A stretch of 64,000 nt of DNA from contig JBIISM010000003.1 in assembly GCA_044341025.1 (NCBI GenBank), positions 117,105-181,104 on the forward strand, written 5' to 3'. Below are positions 60,082-64,000 of the stretch, in pieces. Position 1 is the first letter of the stretch; every line of letters starts with the position of its first letter. The notes under the pieces are model-generated. The model did not search any database and was not told the origin of the DNA. It saw only the letters and a list, made by a program, of their open reading frames with translations. The translations under genes were made by a program, and so were the position numbers. Source of the DNA: Bacteroidia bacterium (GTDB taxonomy: Bacteria > Bacteroidota > Bacteroidia > NS11-12g > UBA955).

Positions 60082-60878
60082 TGCTATTCCTTTTAACAGT
60101 TACTCGTAATCAAGATAATTAAATCCTAGCTTGCCGCTATGCAGAACAGAGAAATAAAGATTGTAATAAAATAGTTGAATTGATCTGATTTTTAGCTGTT
60201 AATCCGGGCGCAATAAATGAGCCCCCCGGCATAAGACCGGCCTTGAATTGTGATTTCATTTCTTTGTGCATTTGTGTTTGTCGTTTTGGTGACCTGCATC
60301 CCTTCGGATGGAAATTATGAAGTTTGCTTTTGTTTTATTTTTACTAAAGCATAAGCTCGCCTCACTTTTTCTTCGGTGCAAAGATGATAAAAATTTTAAG
60401 TATTATATACTAATTACCCTAATTCTTATGGTATTTTTAATCCTATACCTTTAACTTACATATAAGTAGCTGATTAATTGATTGTTAACAATTTGTGTAT
60501 AATGTCAAAATGAAGGAAATTGTAGTATATAGATGGTTTTTTTAGTATTATTTACTCAAAAAATATTCTTCAAAATTTGATTTAAAATATAAATTCCTGC
60601 TATTCAGGCTGATGAATCAAACAAAATAGATCAATATTAACCTGACGTATTTTCTCTACTATTTGTTTAATATTTTGGTGGGGCATGATTCCGTGTTTAA
60701 AAATAGACAATATTGAGGCCTATAATTTGATTCATAACATAGGTTTTCTCTTAATTTTATATTAACGAAGACAAAGCACTTAAAGCATTTCGCAATATTT
60801 ATTGCCATCACTTGTGCGTCGTTTTAATGCCTATAAAATTTCTTACTTTATCATTGACATTTTAAGTAAATTTGCTTT

Positions 60879-61256
60879 ATGAAGCCAGATATAAAAACGG
60901 AAAAAGACATTGAAAACTGGCAAAATGCTTTTTATTCCAAACTACTTGCCGACCCTATAACTGCGCCTAAATTTGTACACCTTGACTTGCCAAAACATTT
61001 GCCTAGAATCGTCGAATTTTGGGCTTTTGTTTTACTTGAAAAAGAAGGTTACAAAACGAATGTATTTGAAAAACATATGTTTCTTGGTCTTGAAAAAATT
61101 CACTTTGATAAATGGCTGAAATATTTCTTTGAAACAACAAATGAATTGTTTGAAGGCCCCAATGCTGAAACAGCCAAAAATAGGGTAAAATTATTGGCCA
61201 CAACATTTATGCATAAATTAAGTGGTGAATATTTCCTCTTTGATGATGTAAAGTAA
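60879..61256 (+). CDS. Truncated-hemoglobin-like globin (group II/III trHb-like)
   Basis: 125 aa. F-x-x-W-L-K-x-F-x-E-T (FDKWLKYFFETT) and the surrounding helices resemble truncated-hemoglobin signature regions. Tentative. Confidence 0.4.
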   Translation: MKPDIKTEKDIENWQNAFYSKLLADPITAPKFVHLDLPKHLPRIVEFWAFVLLEKEGYKTNVFEKHMFLGLEKIHFDKWLKYFFETTNELFEGPNAETAKNRVKLLATTFMHKLSGEYFLFDDVK

Positions 61257-61298
61257 AGTCATTTTGCAAAAGTTATGGCAAATAGATGTGATTGATTT

Positions 61299-63545
61299 GT
61301 GTTATATTTGTTCTTCATATTTATGAAGATACTTTTTACCTTTCTGTTTTTTGTTTTCTTTACGGCTTTTACATTTGGCCAAACTTCTTATTCAAATAGC
61401 AGTAAGATGGCCCTAAATCCCGACTTGAAAGACCTTACACTTATTGACGAACAAGGATTTATTCATGCCTTGGCCTATTGTTCAAGCAATTCCTGTGACT
61501 CAGAATTATTGGAAAAGGGAATAAAAATAAATGGCCATTTTGGCCCAGTAATTTCTATACAAGTAAAATTAGAGCAACTTGAATCTATCCAAAATCTTTC
61601 TTGTATTACCTATGTCGAAATTTCATCAAGAAGCAACTCTACCCATTTTAAAAATGACATAGAACGACAAACAACATCAGTAGACAAAGTGCAAAATGGA
61701 TTGAGCAATGGATTGCCAATGAATTACACTGGAAAAGGCGTGGTGGTTGGTATAGTGGATGTCGGTTTTCAATGCAACAACCCTACATTTTTCACTGCAG
61801 ATGGGAAAAGAAACCGTATTGTACGCTATTGGCAACAAAGCAATAAGCAAGGTCCAGCACCAAGTGGATTTAATTATGGCACTGAACTTATAGACTCAAA
61901 TACCATCATTCCCGCAAACGACCTTGATGGCTCTCATGCGACCCATGTGGCAGGCATCGCCGCGGGAAGCGGGCACACCACAACAAATTTACAATATAGA
62001 GGTGTGGCACCAGAGGCAGAATTGGTTTTTGTTTCCATTAAATACAGCAACGACACTTTGGCCGGCTCTGCCCTAGGTGATTACGTTGTTGCAAACCCCA
62101 CTATTTTAGATGCCTATAAATACATCTTTGACTATGCAGCATCGGTTGGAAAACCGGCAGTCATTAATTTGAGTTGGGGCATGCACACAGGCCCACACGA
62201 TGGTAAAAGTTTGTTTGATATTGCGACTGAATCATTGGTTGGCAAAGGCAAGGTATTGGTTGGTGCAAATGGAAATGAAGGCGACAACAACATGCATTGG
62301 AATTATCAATTTAACCGTGATACAGCATCAACCATAATGATTGAAAACAATAGACAATGGAGACAAAGAGAAAGTGTTTATTCAGATTTTTGGGGCAGCA
62401 AAAACTCCAATTTTGCAATCCAAATTGAGTTTATTGATACCGCTAAAAAAAGCATAGCTAAAAGCCCATTCATCTATTCATCATCTGATAAGGTTTCTGT
62501 TTTTAAATTTAACACCGACAGCTCAGTGTTTTCGGTGGCATTTATTTGTCAAGCCAAAAACCCATTGAACCAAAAGCCAAACATAACCGTTATGGCCGAC
62601 CATAAGAACCAAAGAAAGTACGCAATAATTGCCCATATAATTTCAGACAGCTCTTTGGTTCATGCATGGAATAGTGGCGCCACCCGAGAATGGACAAGTG
62701 GTTCGTTTACCAATAAATTAAATAAACTTGATTTTTCGAAGTCATATACCAATGGAAACACCAAGTACACAGCGGGCGAAAATGGTGGCAGCTCCAAAGC
62801 GGTCATTTCAGTTGGTGCTCTTGCCGCTAGAAGTGCCTTCAGAAATGTTAAAGGTGTTTGGGTAAACGATTCAGGATACGTGGTTCCGGTTAACATCACC
62901 CGTTTTTCGAGCAAAGGCCCAAGTGTGGATGGTCGCATAAAACCCAATATTTCAGCACCAGGTTTTTATGTGCCTTCCGCGATAAACAACAAACAATTTA
63001 GTGGCTGGATGCTCGATAAAACCTTATTAAAATCAGTGTTTAGAAATGATACACAATATTGGTCCGTTTCCAGTGGTACCTCTATGGCAGCACCTCATGT
63101 AACTGGTATTGTTGCTCTGATTTTACAAGCCAATCCTAATCTTACAGCCGCTCAAGTGAAAACCATTTTAGAAACAACTGCAACGGTTGATCAAAACACT
63201 GGCGCAGTTCCTAACAACAGTTATGGGTATGGAAAGGTTAATGCATACAATGCAGTTTTAATGGCCCTGCAATACGCAGGAATAAATGCTTTAAACAAAG
63301 GCAACAATTTGACCGTTTACCCAAACCCATTCGATTGCGAATTGAATATTGTATTGCCTGTTATTTCAAACTCTGCCAAGATTGAAATTTTTAGCTTAGA
63401 TGGAAAATTAGTCAAATCCAGTCATTTAGATCCTCAACAATCCACCGACTTAACGATTCAAACCTCTGACCTAGAAAAAGGGATTTACATTTTGAAATTC
63501 ACGAATGGTGGAGAAATATTCATTTTGAAATTAGTCAAAAACTAA
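61299..63545 (+). CDS. S8-family subtilisin-like serine peptidase with a T9SS type-A C-terminal sorting domain
   Basis: 748 aa. Catalytic triad blocks VVGIVDVGF (Asp), DGSHATHVAGIAAG (His) and SGTSMAAPHVTGIVALI (Ser). The C-terminus LTVYPNPFDCELNI...GIYILKFTNGGEIFILKLVKN matches the T9SS CTD. An alternative start is at 61323. Confidence 0.8.
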   Translation: MLYLFFIFMKILFTFLFFVFFTAFTFGQTSYSNSSKMALNPDLKDLTLIDEQGFIHALAYCSSNSCDSELLEKGIKINGHFGPVISIQVKLEQLESIQNLSCITYVEISSRSNSTHFKNDIERQTTSVDKVQNGLSNGLPMNYTGKGVVVGIVDVGFQCNNPTFFTADGKRNRIVRYWQQSNKQGPAPSGFNYGTELIDSNTIIPANDLDGSHATHVAGIAAGSGHTTTNLQYRGVAPEAELVFVSIKYSNDTLAGSALGDYVVANPTILDAYKYIFDYAASVGKPAVINLSWGMHTGPHDGKSLFDIATESLVGKGKVLVGANGNEGDNNMHWNYQFNRDTASTIMIENNRQWRQRESVYSDFWGSKNSNFAIQIEFIDTAKKSIAKSPFIYSSSDKVSVFKFNTDSSVFSVAFICQAKNPLNQKPNITVMADHKNQRKYAIIAHIISDSSLVHAWNSGATREWTSGSFTNKLNKLDFSKSYTNGNTKYTAGENGGSSKAVISVGALAARSAFRNVKGVWVNDSGYVVPVNITRFSSKGPSVDGRIKPNISAPGFYVPSAINNKQFSGWMLDKTLLKSVFRNDTQYWSVSSGTSMAAPHVTGIVALILQANPNLTAAQVKTILETTATVDQNTGAVPNNSYGYGKVNAYNAVLMALQYAGINALNKGNNLTVYPNPFDCELNIVLPVISNSAKIEIFSLDGKLVKSSHLDPQQSTDLTIQTSDLEKGIYILKFTNGGEIFILKLVKN

Positions 63546-63573
63546 GGTTTTAACTAATCTTGCAGATTCAATC

Positions 63574-64000
63574 ATGAGTTCAGAAATAACCTTTTTTACC
63601 CTCTTCATAGGCTTTATAATGATCGTTTTAGCCCTTGACCTTGGCGTGTTTTCAAAATCAAATAAAGCGGTCACATTTAAAAATGCCCTTTCCTGGACAA
63701 GTGTTTGGGTGAGTTTCGCCATCATGTTCTTCTTGTTATTAAAACAATATGGGCATTTAATTCATGGCATCATGAGCCAAGATCAATTAATTGCTTTAGC
63801 CAAAAACTATCAACCCGATATGGATTTCAGCAAAGGTGATTTTGCTTCTGAAATTATCCGATACAATGACCGAATTTCTCTCGATTTCCTCACAGGTTAC
63901 TTTATTGAATATTCTTTATCGGTTGATAATCTATTTGTAATATTATTAATATTTTCTTCCTTTTCAGTTCCACCAGTATACTATAAAAAAGTATTGTTTT
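63574..64000 (+). CDS. TerC-family integral membrane protein, partial (continues past the window end)
   Basis: MSSEITFFTLFIGFIMIVLALDLGVF... and the TerC signature EYSLSVDNLFV. The ORF is open at 64000. Confidence 0.6.
   Translation, partial: MSSEITFFTLFIGFIMIVLALDLGVFSKSNKAVTFKNALSWTSVWVSFAIMFFLLLKQYGHLIHGIMSQDQLIALAKNYQPDMDFSKGDFASEIIRYNDRISLDFLTGYFIEYSLSVDNLFVILLIFSSFSVPPVYYKKVLF

Noticed and set aside
60150-60450. tmRNA, RNase P RNA, SRP RNA or a riboswitch in the GC-rich islet
   Set aside because: None of the conserved sequence signatures I can recall for these families are present (tmRNA tRNA-like ends, RNase P P4, the SRP GGAA domain IV loop). It is left as an unclassified candidate structured RNA.

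Overview
This is an AT-rich (~37% GC) chromosomal window that looks like Bacteroidota, probably a Sphingobacteriia/Chitinophagia-like genome. The evidence is type III glutamine synthetase, T9SS type-A and type-B C-terminal sorting domains, a SusC-like TonB receptor, an ECF sigma/FecR pair, DUF1573, and TAnnTTTG -7 promoter motifs. Most of the window is densely packed core genes on both strands: ald, a split pntAA-pntAB-pntB transhydrogenase, S41 and M1 peptidases, rnz, dapA, ruvB, an mtnN-apt adenine-salvage pair, waaA plus an MsbA-like ABC exporter, osmC, glnN, ftsK-lolA, ligA, ung, ftsE, mutS and a TrmH-family methyltransferase. Several clean bidirectional rho-independent terminators are present. 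I saw no IS, integrase, CRISPR or rRNA.

The stretches worth a second look are these:
1. An ECF-sigma/FecR module (5450-13199) in which the STN signalling domain sits on a separate outer-membrane protein rather than on the TonB transporter. That protein carries about ten tandem 15-16-aa G-[IVM]-Q-x-A-G-F-x-N repeats and is translationally coupled to the FecR stop codon by an ATGA overlap.
2. A tRNA-fMet (58496-58567, minus strand) whose 3' flank is an AT-rich 1.4-kb segment. It holds an ~85-bp tandem repeat array encoding a repeated mini-ORF (MNLKRTGLPSGGPKGVA) and bracketed by two identical 51-bp direct repeats, each a terminator-like hairpin.
3. A 471-aa orphan protein with no recognisable domains on the other side of the tRNA, followed by an 800-bp non-coding stretch that contains a GC-rich, UUCG-capped hairpin islet.
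4. Two paralogous GT-C (ArnT/PMT-like) membrane glycosyltransferases 21 kb apart. Each is convergent with, and directly abuts, a large secreted protein.
5. A Fic-fold protein with a degenerate catalytic motif, twin 28-bp GC palindromes upstream of osmC, and a small Gly/Cys-rich secreted peptide upstream of a 1443-aa SprB-repeat T9SS adhesin.

Every call rests on reading motifs by eye; no searches were run. Coordinates I counted myself may be off by 1-2 nt.
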